A stretch of 64,000 bases of DNA from an uncultured delta proteobacterium (GTDB lineage: Bacteria; Desulfobacterota; Desulfuromonadia; Geobacterales; Geobacteraceae): assembly GCA_963815135.1 (NCBI GenBank), contig CAWFFO010000003.1:59346-123345 (forward strand), read 5' to 3'. The notes under the pieces are model-generated. The model was not told the origin of the DNA. It searched no databases and saw nothing but the letters and a program-made list of their open reading frames with translations. Below are positions 28,389-37,354 of the stretch, one piece after another. Each line of letters opens with the position of its first letter. Position 1 is the stretch's first letter. Both the position numbers and the translations under genes were made by a program.

Positions 28389-30834
28389 CCCTTGGCTCCG
28401 GCAACATATCCCTTGGAAGAGGAAACAACCCGGCGCGGTGCAGTTTTGTTCCTGGGTGGTTCCTTCTTCACCCCTGGAGGTGTCGGGGGATATTTTTCCA
28501 GGGCGGTTTTCAGGACATCGTCGATAAACTCGGCCGTCACTACTTTCACTTTCTTCAGGATATGCCTGGGAATTTCTTCAAGGTCTTTTTCATTCTGCTC
28601 GGGAATCACGATCGTCTTGATCCCCGCTCTTATCGCAGCAAGCATTTTTTCCTTGAGCCCGCCGATGGGAAGGACCCTGCCCCGCAGAGTAATCTCGCCG
28701 GTCATGGCAACTTCCTTTTTTACCGGAACCCTGGTAAGGGCGGACACGAGCGCGGTAGCCATGGTAATGCCGGCCGAGGGGCCGTCCTTCGGAATGGCGC
28801 CCGCCGGTACATGGACATGGATATCCTGATTGGCGTAGAAATCCTCCGGCAGATGGAACTCGCCGGTTTTCGAGCGGATGTAGGTGAGAGCCGCCTGCGC
28901 CGATTCCTTCATGACGTCACCCAGTTGCCCGGTCAGGGTCAAGCCGCCTTTCCCTTTCATCACCGTGGCTTCCACGAAAAGGACCTCGCCGCCGACCGGT
29001 GTCCAGGCGAGGCCGGTGGCTACACCCGTCTCATTGTTTTCCATTTCGGCTTCACGCAGGAACCTGGGCGGGCCGAGATATTTGGCAACAGAAACAGCAC
29101 TAATGGTGAAATGTTTTTCGTTACCCTCCGCAACCTTGCGGGCAACCTTGCGGCATATGGAGCCGATTTCCCTTTCCAGGTTTCTCAGACCGGCTTCCCG
29201 GGTGTACTTGCTTATGATGGTCTTTATTGCTTCATCTGAAAACGTTATCGTCCTCTCGGAAATGCCGTTTTCCGTGACCTGCCTCGGGAATGAGATACCT
29301 TTTGGCGATCTGCAGTTTTTCTTCTTCGGTATAGCCGGAGAGGTATATAACCTCCATCCTGTCCCGCAGAGCGCCGGAACCGGATCGATCTGGTTCGCGG
29401 TGGCGATGAACATGACATTATGAGAGATTGAAGGGAAGATTGATGTAGTGGTCGGAAAAAGCATGAGTTCTGTTCCGGATCCAGCACTTCCAGCAGTGCG
29501 GCGGACGGGTCGCCCCGGAAATCGGCGCCGATCTTGTCGATCTCGTCCAGCATGAATACCGGGTTGTTGGTCCCGGCCTGCTTCAGACCCTGGATGATCC
29601 GCCCGGGAACGCAGCCGACATAGGTGCGGCGATGCCCCTGATTTCCGCTTCGTCCCGCACGCCGCCGAGCGAAATGCGGATGAATTTGCGCCCCATGGCC
29701 CTGGCGATGGATTTGCCGAGGGATGTCTTGCCGACACCGGGAGGGCCGACGAAGCAGAGGATCGGTCCTTTCATCTTTTTTTTCAGTTTGCGGACCGCAA
29801 GAAACTCCAGGATCCGTTCCTTGATTTTTTCAAGATAATAGTGGTCTTCATCAAGGATATCCCTGGCCCTCTTTATGTCGAGAGAATCCCTGGTGGATTT
29901 ACCCCAGGGTAGTTCCACCATCCAGTCCAGGTAAGTGCGGAGCATACTGGCTTCAGCAGCATCCGGATGCATCTGTTCGAGACGCCCCAGCTGTTTCAGT
30001 GCTTCCTTTTTCCACAGGCGCCGGCATTTTCGCATCTTCGACGGCCTTCCTCAACTCCGCCATCTCCTCACCGCGCGAATCCGCCTCGCCGAGTTCCTGC
30101 TGAATGGCCCGCAACTGCTCGCGGAGGAAATATTCGCGCTGGGTCTTGCCCATTTCCTCCTTGGCCGCGGACTGTATCCGCGCCTGCATGGCCAGAAGTT
30201 CGTATTCCTTGCTCAGGAACTCGTTCACCTTGTTGAGGCGCTCCAGAGGATCCAGTGTCTCCAGGAGACGCTGGGCCTCCTCGACTTTAAGTCCGATGTT
30301 GCTGGCTATCAGATCGGCAAGGCTGCCCGGATCCTGCATATTCTCCACAATTACGGTAACTTCCGAAGAAATGACCTTACCCATGGAGATAATCTTCGAC
30401 AGCTGCTCTTTGACCGTCCGCATGAGAGCTTCCGTTTCCAGTGTGTTTTCCGTTGCGGCGGATTCTACGATCCGTTCGATACGCACGGAAAAAAACGGCT
30501 TTGTCTCAACAAATTCCTCGATTCTTCCTTTGGCGAGCCCCTGAACCAGGATCTTCACCCTCCCGTCGGGAAGTTTCAGCATCCGCATGATCATGGCCAC
30601 CGTACCGACCGTATAGATGGAATCAGGCTCGGGCTCTTCGTCGGATATATCCTTTTGGGTGGCCAGAAATATCAGCCTGTCTTTGGACAGCGCCCAATCG
30701 ACCGCGCTGATGGAAATCTCTCTCCCCACGAAAAGCGGTATTATCATATAGGGATAAACCACCACATCCCGCACAGGAAGCAAAGGCAATATATCCGGTA
30801 TTTTCAGTTCTTCCTTCTCCTGATTGTTTTCCAT
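28385..30834 (-). pseudogene. lon: ATP-dependent protease Lon, with the reading frame broken at least 6 times
   Basis: All Lon domains can be reconstructed: the LON N-domain (ILPLLPVRDVVVYPYMIIPLFVGRE), Walker A ([15 protein letters not shown]), [17 protein letters not shown], and the protease domain ([17 protein letters not shown]). The pieces lie in three frames (ORFs 29953-30852, 29583-30035, 29245-29553 and 28385-29737). Junctions are near 30007-30011, 29634, 29465, 29420, 29368 and 29285. The start is taken at ATG 30834, with AAGGAG 6 nt upstream. Confidence 0.85.
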
Positions 30835-30844
30835 TTCATTCTCC

Positions 30845-31252
30845 TTATTCAATCGGTATATCTTTAATAATCGACCTGGTCTCAGCTATCCTGGGGAAAG
30901 ACACCGACAGGACTCCATTTTGGTAACGCGCTTTCACTCCTGCAGTATCAACCAGGGCCGGTATTTCGACGGTCCGGGAGAAACGTCCGAATGTCCGCTC
31001 AAGACAGAGATAGCGAACGGTCTCCCCCTTTTCCTCTTCCTGTCTCAACCCCTCAACGACCAGAATATTCCTGCATACTCCAAGACTGATATCTTCGCGA
31101 CGAAAACCGGGCAACTCTATTTCCACAACGTATTCATCAGCGGTTTCAAAGCAATCCACCGGAGGAACTATTTCCTGCTCCCCGTACGCGCCCTTTTTTT
31201 CCAGACTGAAAAGCTCTCTCGAACAACTCATCCATCTGTCTTTGAAAAACAC
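30845..31252 (-). CDS. Hsp20/alpha-crystallin small heat-shock protein
   Basis: VDCFETADEYVVEIELPGFRREDISL...YQNGVLSVSFPR, an alpha-crystallin domain. The stop lies 10 nt upstream of the lon start. Confidence 0.85.
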   Translation of the reverse strand: MFFKDRWMSCSRELFSLEKKGAYGEQEIVPPVDCFETADEYVVEIELPGFRREDISLGVCRNILVVEGLRQEEEKGETVRYLCLERTFGRFSRTVEIPALVDTAGVKARYQNGVLSVSFPRIAETRSIIKDIPIE

Positions 31253-31843
31253 TCAATAGTTCCGGAAGATCTCTGGGAATAGCAGCCATCACTACCTCTG
31301 TCGAACTGCGGGCGGTTATACTGAAGAATTCATATGTTCAACATGAACTCTCATCTAGAGTTGTAATCATTCCCGGACGGGAAGTCAAGACCCGCCGGCA
31401 ACCTTGAAAAATTCGAACTATTCTTGCCTTTCTATTAAGAATGTATGTTATATCCATACCGCCGTCAACCCAAATCAGAAGCTTGTATTTCTAAAACCTA
31501 GATTCGGCCTAAAATAATCACCATCCCTCCCAGTTGAATCATTATCGGCTGACTCTTTCCGGAAATTCTTACGCATCGTTTCAATCAGGTTCTTTCACAC
31601 TGCCGCCAAATTTCGCACTGTTATTCATCGTAGCGAAAGTTGTATAAAATTTGAATTTTTCAGACAAGGCGTGTATAATCCGCCACCTGCATGATCCGCC
31701 GTCGGGTATCGGGACAAAGTATTAATGGATTGAAAAATCCGCAAAACGCCGGAAACTCCGGAATCCTGGCTTTTTTACGATTAACACGATAAAAAAAACA
31801 GGTAATTAAATTTCTGCAGCCGAAAATTCGATTGAGGACAATA

Positions 31844-33790
31844 ATGAAAAAATATATGCCCTTACTTTTGTTATTATTTTTTGCAGTATTCACCTGTGGT
31901 TTCGACTGGTCCTTCGGCCTCGGCAAAAACAAATGCCTCCAGGCAAAAAAGATCATAAGCGGATGGGCTGTTCTCAAGGATGAAGCAAAGAAAGAGCAGG
32001 AGGAAAAACAGGTCCTGTCATTATGTCCGTCAGGTCCCGGAGGTCACTACGTCAGGGCTCTCCATCTTGAAAAGGAAGGAGATCTGGACGGGGCAATTGA
32101 TGAATACCGCCAAAGCGTAAAGGGTGACCCGGCCTTCCCGGAGGCTGAAGGTAACCTGGGTCTGGCCTGTATGAAAAAAGGAATGTGGGACGAAGCCGCG
32201 CCTGCCCTTACGATGGCGCTTGAGAAAATAAACGATCCCCGTTATCACAAGGCCCTCGGTAAAATCTTCCTGGACAGAAAATTTATACCCATGGCTTTAT
32301 ACCATTACAACGAAGCGTTGAAAAGTTTGCCGGGTGATGCAAGTGTCCATATTGGTCTGGCTGAAATCTACACTGAACAGAAAAATACGCTTAAGGCGGA
32401 GGAAGAGTACAAGCAGGCAATTGCTCTCGAGCCCGACAACGAGGATGCCAAACTCGGCCTTGCAAAGCTTTACCTGAGGACGGATCAGCCGGACAAGGCA
32501 CTTGACGAACTGAAAAAAGGCCTAAACTCGAACACATCAAGCAGAGAAATCCATCACCTGCTGGGCGAAACTTATGAAAAGAAAGGCGAGCTCGAGAAAG
32601 CTGAACAAGAGTACAGCCTGGCCGGGATAAATCGTTCGGTAGAGCTCATGAGGCAGATTCGCAGCGGGAACGAGTCCATAAAGGCAGGAGATTACGGGAA
32701 GGCCGTACAGGAGCTTCATTCGGCGCTTAATGTGAAACCGAAGGATCCGACAACCCTGCAGAAACTGGGCGACACCTATATGGCAGCCGGAAAGGACGAA
32801 GAAGCCCTTGCAACCTATAAAGAGGCGATCCGAATCAGAGAAAACAGTGACATACATTATAATCTTGGAATTTTATATGAGCGCAAGGGACTTTTCGACG
32901 AAGCAGTAGTCGAGTACCGGCAGGCTCTGAAAAATTCAATCGAAAATACGGATATCCGGCGACGCCTGGCGGAAATCTACATAATGCGCGGCAGTTTCCC
33001 CCAGGCCATCGAACAGTACAAAGAGCTTATAAAAACAAATAATGACAATCCCCTTTACCACCTCAAGCTGGCCGGCATCTATTCAAGCTCAAAAGATTAC
33101 AGGGATGCAATCAGCGAATACAGGGAAACGCTCAGGTTCGATCCGGATCAATTCGAGGCGCACAAGGAACTGGCCGGGCTGTACAGAAAAACCCGCATGG
33201 ATGATGAAGCGGAAAAAGAATACAAGGAAGCTCTTCGCCTGAAAAAAGATGATTCCGATTCCAGAAATTCTCTCCTGGCCTTGTATGTAAAAAAGAGAAA
33301 ATATGACGATATTATTTCCCTTTTGAGGGAAAATGTCGAGATTTCACCAAATGATCCCGTCAGCCATTACAAACTCGGCCTGATATACGAGTTCACCAAA
33401 GATTATGATGCATCTGTTGGCGAATACAAAAAAGCCGCGGAATTGAAACCCGACTATGCCAAGGCTCTCAACGCAATGGGTCGGGTATATCTGAAGACAG
33501 GCCATTTCACCGAAGCACGGGACAGCCTGGAAGCCGCAAAAAAGGCTGACCCGGAACTTGCCGAGACTTCAGTGCTGCTGAGCAACATAAAAGAAGAGCT
33601 CACACCTGAGCCACAAACATACCGGAAAAAGCATCACGAAAGAACTATAAAAGGAAAAAGCGGAAGAAAATCGAAAAGTTCAAATAAATCCAGGAAATCG
33701 AAGAAAGCAAAAAAAATTAAAGAAAAGAAATCGCATAAAACGAAGAAAGCCGCTAAATCAGTCAAGAAAAAAGGTTCGAAAAAGAAATAA
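31844..33790 (+). CDS. Tetratricopeptide-repeat (lipo)protein with a lysine-rich C-terminal tail
   Basis: The signal/lipobox-like N-terminus is MKKYMPLLLLLFFAVFTCG. More than 12 TPR units follow (AL.L.P....A...LG.IY pattern). The last 55 aa or so are KKHHERTIKGKSGRKSKSSNKSRKSKKAKKIKEKKSHKTKKAAKSVKKKGSKKK. Confidence 0.8.
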   Translation: MKKYMPLLLLLFFAVFTCGFDWSFGLGKNKCLQAKKIISGWAVLKDEAKKEQEEKQVLSLCPSGPGGHYVRALHLEKEGDLDGAIDEYRQSVKGDPAFPEAEGNLGLACMKKGMWDEAAPALTMALEKINDPRYHKALGKIFLDRKFIPMALYHYNEALKSLPGDASVHIGLAEIYTEQKNTLKAEEEYKQAIALEPDNEDAKLGLAKLYLRTDQPDKALDELKKGLNSNTSSREIHHLLGETYEKKGELEKAEQEYSLAGINRSVELMRQIRSGNESIKAGDYGKAVQELHSALNVKPKDPTTLQKLGDTYMAAGKDEEALATYKEAIRIRENSDIHYNLGILYERKGLFDEAVVEYRQALKNSIENTDIRRRLAEIYIMRGSFPQAIEQYKELIKTNNDNPLYHLKLAGIYSSSKDYRDAISEYRETLRFDPDQFEAHKELAGLYRKTRMDDEAEKEYKEALRLKKDDSDSRNSLLALYVKKRKYDDIISLLRENVEISPNDPVSHYKLGLIYEFTKDYDASVGEYKKAAELKPDYAKALNAMGRVYLKTGHFTEARDSLEAAKKADPELAETSVLLSNIKEELTPEPQTYRKKHHERTIKGKSGRKSKSSNKSRKSKKAKKIKEKKSHKTKKAAKSVKKKGSKKK

Positions 33791-33804
33791 TTCATATTCT
33801 TCAT

Positions 33805-33841
33805 GAAGAAAGGCCGGACGCCCAGCGCCCGGCCTTTCTTC
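33805..33841. terminator. Bidirectional terminator hairpin between the convergent TPR gene and rlpA
   Basis: A 13-bp perfect stem, GAAGAAAGGCCGG (33805-33817) with CCGGCCTTTCTTC (33829-33841), and an 11-nt loop. Confidence 0.65.
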
Positions 33842-33883
33842 ATTGTTCGCCCAATTATTTATTTTAGAAACATGCTTTCTTTC

Positions 33884-34342
33884 TCAGGAAGGTTCTTCAT
33901 CCACAAGGACAATGCGAACTTTCGTCAGCCCCTCTCCGAGAAATCCCAGCTCTTCGGCCGCCGCCCTTGAAAGATCAATGATCGGTACATTTCTTTCCCG
34001 GCAACGGTCGTTTATTCTTACTACCACTTCTTCATTGTTTGCAAGGTTTATAACCTTGACTTTCGTTCCGAAAGGCAGGGTTGGATGCGCGGCGGTTAGT
34101 TTTTCAGGCCTGTAGCGCTCCCCCGATTGCGTTCTCCTTCCGTTATAACGCTTGGCATAATATGTAGCCAAACCTTTTACGCCTGTGGCCTCTTTTACGG
34201 CAGGTGTTTCAAGGCCGGTCTGAAACTTTCTTACATCCCGGGGTAATTCTTCTGCTTGCAAGGGAAGTGTCTGGATCAGGAGCAACATCGAACAGGCAAC
34301 ATAAAAAGTTGTCTTGATGCCGCAGCGAATCAGTGATGCCAT
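33884..34342 (-). CDS. rlpA: Septal ring lytic transglycosylase RlpA-family (DPBB domain) protein
   Basis: GLATYYAKRYNGRRTQSGERY....LTAAHPTLPFGTKVKVINLANNEEVVVRINDR. The start is taken at ATG 34342, preceded by AGGAGG. Confidence 0.8.
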   Translation of the reverse strand: MASLIRCGIKTTFYVACSMLLLIQTLPLQAEELPRDVRKFQTGLETPAVKEATGVKGLATYYAKRYNGRRTQSGERYRPEKLTAAHPTLPFGTKVKVINLANNEEVVVRINDRCRERNVPIIDLSRAAAEELGFLGEGLTKVRIVLVDEEPS

Positions 34343-34499
34343 CGGCACCTCCTTTTTGGGCGATGCGGAAAGATACATCAAAATCCGGTCACTGTCAAAC
34401 CCTCGCTACCAGAGAACCCGTCTTGGCACCTGTAACCATATGTATCTATTCAATATTATGCCTGCAAAAAAAATGAACCTCAAAAACACATATGCATTA

Positions 34500-35330
34500 T
34501 TAAATAAATAACGATTTAATCGATCCCGGCACCAGGCCGGATGATTCCGCCCTGTCCAGCAACGCTTCCATTGCCGACTCACCTTCGCGACCCAACTCCA
34601 GGGAATAATCATTCACATAAAGATCGATATGGGCCGCACAGACTTCATCGCTCATTTCCTGCGAATGGGAACGTATGTAACCCTTAACTTCAGAGGGATT
34701 ATTTCCCGAATACAGAATGCTTTCGCGCATCATGCGCTCCAGACCTGACAGGATCAGCTTGCCCAGTGAACGCCTCGCAACAATGCAACCCAGGGGAATC
34801 GGATGACCTGTTTCTTTTTCCCACCAGTCCCCCAGGTCCATCACCTTTTTCAAACCATGAGAAGCATAGGTAAACCGCGACTCGTGAATTATGACCCCGG
34901 CATCCACCTCTCCTTTCGCAACCGCCTCCATGATCATGTGAAAGGGAAGAAAAACGATCTCCCCGCAACCGGATCCATACAAACTGAAGAGCAGGGAGGC
35001 CGTCGTGTAACGACCTGGCAGAGCGATTTTTTTCCCTTTCAATTCATCTATACCGTCGAAATCCCGAGCCACCACCAGAGGTCCGCACCCCCTGCCCAGA
35101 GCTCCTCCCGTGCGCAAAACGCAATATTCATCGCGAATAAAGCCGAGGGCATGACAGGAAACCTTGCTTATATCAAGCTCTCTTTCCAGCGCGAGACGGT
35201 TCAGCGTCTCCACATCTTCGAGCCGTTCCTGGAATCGGAGACCATTACAGTCGATCTTCCCATGGACCAAAGCATAAAAGATATAGGTGTCATTTGGACA
35301 GGGTGAATAACCGAGTTTCAAAGGTTGCAT
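34500..35330 (-). CDS. mqnD: 1,4-dihydroxy-6-naphthoate synthase (futalosine pathway)
   Basis: MQPLKLGYSPCPNDTYIFYALVHGKID....F.....DVETLN is a typical MqnD N-terminus. It is adjacent to an mqnB-like gene. Confidence 0.8.
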   Translation of the reverse strand: MQPLKLGYSPCPNDTYIFYALVHGKIDCNGLRFQERLEDVETLNRLALERELDISKVSCHALGFIRDEYCVLRTGGALGRGCGPLVVARDFDGIDELKGKKIALPGRYTTASLLFSLYGSGCGEIVFLPFHMIMEAVAKGEVDAGVIIHESRFTYASHGLKKVMDLGDWWEKETGHPIPLGCIVARRSLGKLILSGLERMMRESILYSGNNPSEVKGYIRSHSQEMSDEVCAAHIDLYVNDYSLELGREGESAMEALLDRAESSGLVPGSIKSLFI

Positions 35331-35427
35331 AATAATCCTCGTTAATTGGAAATTCGCATCGTTTTTTATCGAAGTATGTTGGATTTACTCCCATTTTGTG
35401 AAAAGCGGGGAAATTGACGCGGAGAGA

Positions 35428-36165
35428 TCAAAGCGAATCTAAAAATGCCAGGATAAAACGTTGTGCATTTTCAGATGCCTTGCCTATATCCCAGCGGGAA
35501 AGGTTCCGGTCCTCGACCATGTTGCTGACACCCCGTATTTCGAGACATTCCAATCCGTAACAAAGCGCAACATGGGCAAGCGCGGCTCCTTCCATATTTT
35601 CGCAGATCGCATTGTACCGCCGGGAAAGCTCCGCTCCGCGGGCTGAGGTCCCGCTACAAGTGGATACAGTGACAAATTTTCCATTCGTGAGGCACGTGCC
35701 GCACGTTTCGGCAAAACGCAATGCCATCTCCGCCGGCGAAATAGCAAGGGGCAATTCGTTGAAATAACGCTTTCCACCGATCTCGATCAAGGGGATGCCG
35801 ATAAATTCCAGTGGTTGCCAGCCTGTAAGTGTCTGGACACCTTCGTCACCGTAGATTTCCGTACAGGCCAGAGCAAGGTCACCGACTGAAAGTCCGGATC
35901 CCTCGTAAGCTCCGGCACAACCGGTGTTGACAAGAAGGTCCGGATTGCATGCACAAACGAGGGATACTGCACTCAGCGCGGCGTTCACCTTCCCCATCCC
36001 GGTCTCAGCGATTATCACCCTCTTTTCCGGAAAGATCTTTTCATACATTCCCGGAACACCTCTTATTTCCTTCTCGGCTGCCCCCAATTCTTCCACCAGA
36101 AGCGACAGCTCCTTGAATGTTGCGGCAGTGACCACAATTGTTTTCAATGGGCTTTCTCCAGACAC
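35428..36165 (-). CDS. mqnB: Futalosine hydrolase (PNP/UDP phosphorylase family)
   Basis: The nucleosidase-fold motifs IIAETGMGKVNAA, NTGCAGAY and CENMEGAALAHV are present. It is adjacent to mqnD. Confidence 0.7.
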   Translation of the reverse strand: MSGESPLKTIVVTAATFKELSLLVEELGAAEKEIRGVPGMYEKIFPEKRVIIAETGMGKVNAALSAVSLVCACNPDLLVNTGCAGAYEGSGLSVGDLALACTEIYGDEGVQTLTGWQPLEFIGIPLIEIGGKRYFNELPLAISPAEMALRFAETCGTCLTNGKFVTVSTCSGTSARGAELSRRYNAICENMEGAALAHVALCYGLECLEIRGVSNMVEDRNLSRWDIGKASENAQRFILAFLDSL

Positions 36166-36382
36166 CGTCCATGGATTGCTTCTTCTGCGACTCCGGATAA
36201 AATATAGCCCTTTTGAAAATATAAGTGCGCAGAAAATAAAAGCACAGCAATAATCAGAAACCCGCTTATCATTTATTTACATTTCCTTTCCGCAATTTTG
36301 CTGTCACCATTTATTTTTCTTTTCCGGCATCTTTTTTTCTGTTACTATTTGTCAAATATTATCCATATATTACATAACGAAT

Positions 36383-37261
36383 GTGCAAATGTCGAAAACT
36401 CTTTGTATCAACTTATTGCTATTTTTTCTTTCCATTGCTGTCGTAGCCAAGGTTGCTTCGGATTTCATATCTTATCGCCTGTCGCATACCTTCCCAGCAT
36501 CAGGTAAAAGAATCAACCCCGCTCCGTCTGTCTCTTCCGTGGAAGATCTAGGCTTTTTTTCTCCAATTCTGGAAAAAGGCCTATTCGGAAAGGCAACCCA
36601 AGGGAAACTGACCCCCATAACGGCCACCTCCGAACCTTCGAAAAAAGCGGCAGCATCACCGGGAGACCTTGTACTTCTGGGCACCGCCGTCGGCTCAGCC
36701 AGAGAAACGTTCGCCCTGATGCAAAAGTCAAGCACCCATGAAGAGCAGGCTTTCAGACTGGGCGAGAAGGTTTTCGATCTGGGTACGCTGGAAGCAGTGA
36801 ACAAGGACTCAGTGGAAATCATGTCAGACGGCAGACGCATGAAAATTGTGTTGCCCACGGCTTCGATGGGCGAGGCGGCAAACAACAATCCATCACAGGC
36901 CCCGCAGACCTCCGCCGGTCTTGTACCGCAGGTAACGTCCCCCGGCAATTACGTAATTGACCAGAGGGCGCTCAACGCTGCTCTGGACAACATAGGCAAG
37001 GCAATGACCGATGCCAGGCTCCTGCCCAGCGTAAAAGACGGGAAGGTCGAGGGTTTTCGGGTTTCCGAGGTGAAACCTGCCGGTATATTCGGCATGGTGG
37101 GGATAAAGAACGGCGATGTGATACTGAGCATTAACGACTTCAAGATAGATTCGCCTGAAAAGGCAATCCAGTCGCTTGCTGCCCTTAAAGGACAAACCAG
37201 TATCAAACTTGATTTGCTCCGGGACGGGAAACCGACAACCATGAATTACGATATCAGATAA
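36383..37261 (+). CDS. gspC: Type II secretion system protein GspC (TM, HR region, PDZ)
   Basis: N-terminal TM LCINLLLFFLSIAVVAKVA. C-terminal PDZ-like region GFRVSEVKPAGIFGMVGIKNGDVILSINDFKIDSPEKA. It is the first gene of the gsp cluster. ATG 36389 is an alternative start. Confidence 0.7.
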   Translation: MQMSKTLCINLLLFFLSIAVVAKVASDFISYRLSHTFPASGKRINPAPSVSSVEDLGFFSPILEKGLFGKATQGKLTPITATSEPSKKAAASPGDLVLLGTAVGSARETFALMQKSSTHEEQAFRLGEKVFDLGTLEAVNKDSVEIMSDGRRMKIVLPTASMGEAANNNPSQAPQTSAGLVPQVTSPGNYVIDQRALNAALDNIGKAMTDARLLPSVKDGKVEGFRVSEVKPAGIFGMVGIKNGDVILSINDFKIDSPEKAIQSLAALKGQTSIKLDLLRDGKPTTMNYDIR

Positions 37262-37354
37262 AGCCAGGCAAATTACCGACGGCCAGGGAATCAAACCGCA
37301 TGAACTTATCCCCTGGAATTAAACTTTTTCCGCCTTCGGCTTTTTTTTTGGAGG

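Noticed and set aside
28385-30834. Programmed ribosomal frameshifting or transcriptional slippage as the explanation for the lon breaks, and likewise for rtcR.
   Set aside because: There are too many junctions, going in both the +1 and -1 directions. I saw no slippery heptamers or stimulatory structures. The junctions are scattered through conserved domains.
31334-31344. A small palindrome (ATGTT-C-AACAT) upstream of hsp20, considered as a CIRCE/HrcA operator. I also looked for sigma-32 or sigma-54 promoters for hsp20-lon.
   Set aside because: There is no resemblance to the CIRCE consensus (TTAGCACTC-N9-GAGTGCTAA). The arms are only 5 bp. No convincing -24/-12 or sigma-32 match was found in 31253-31450.
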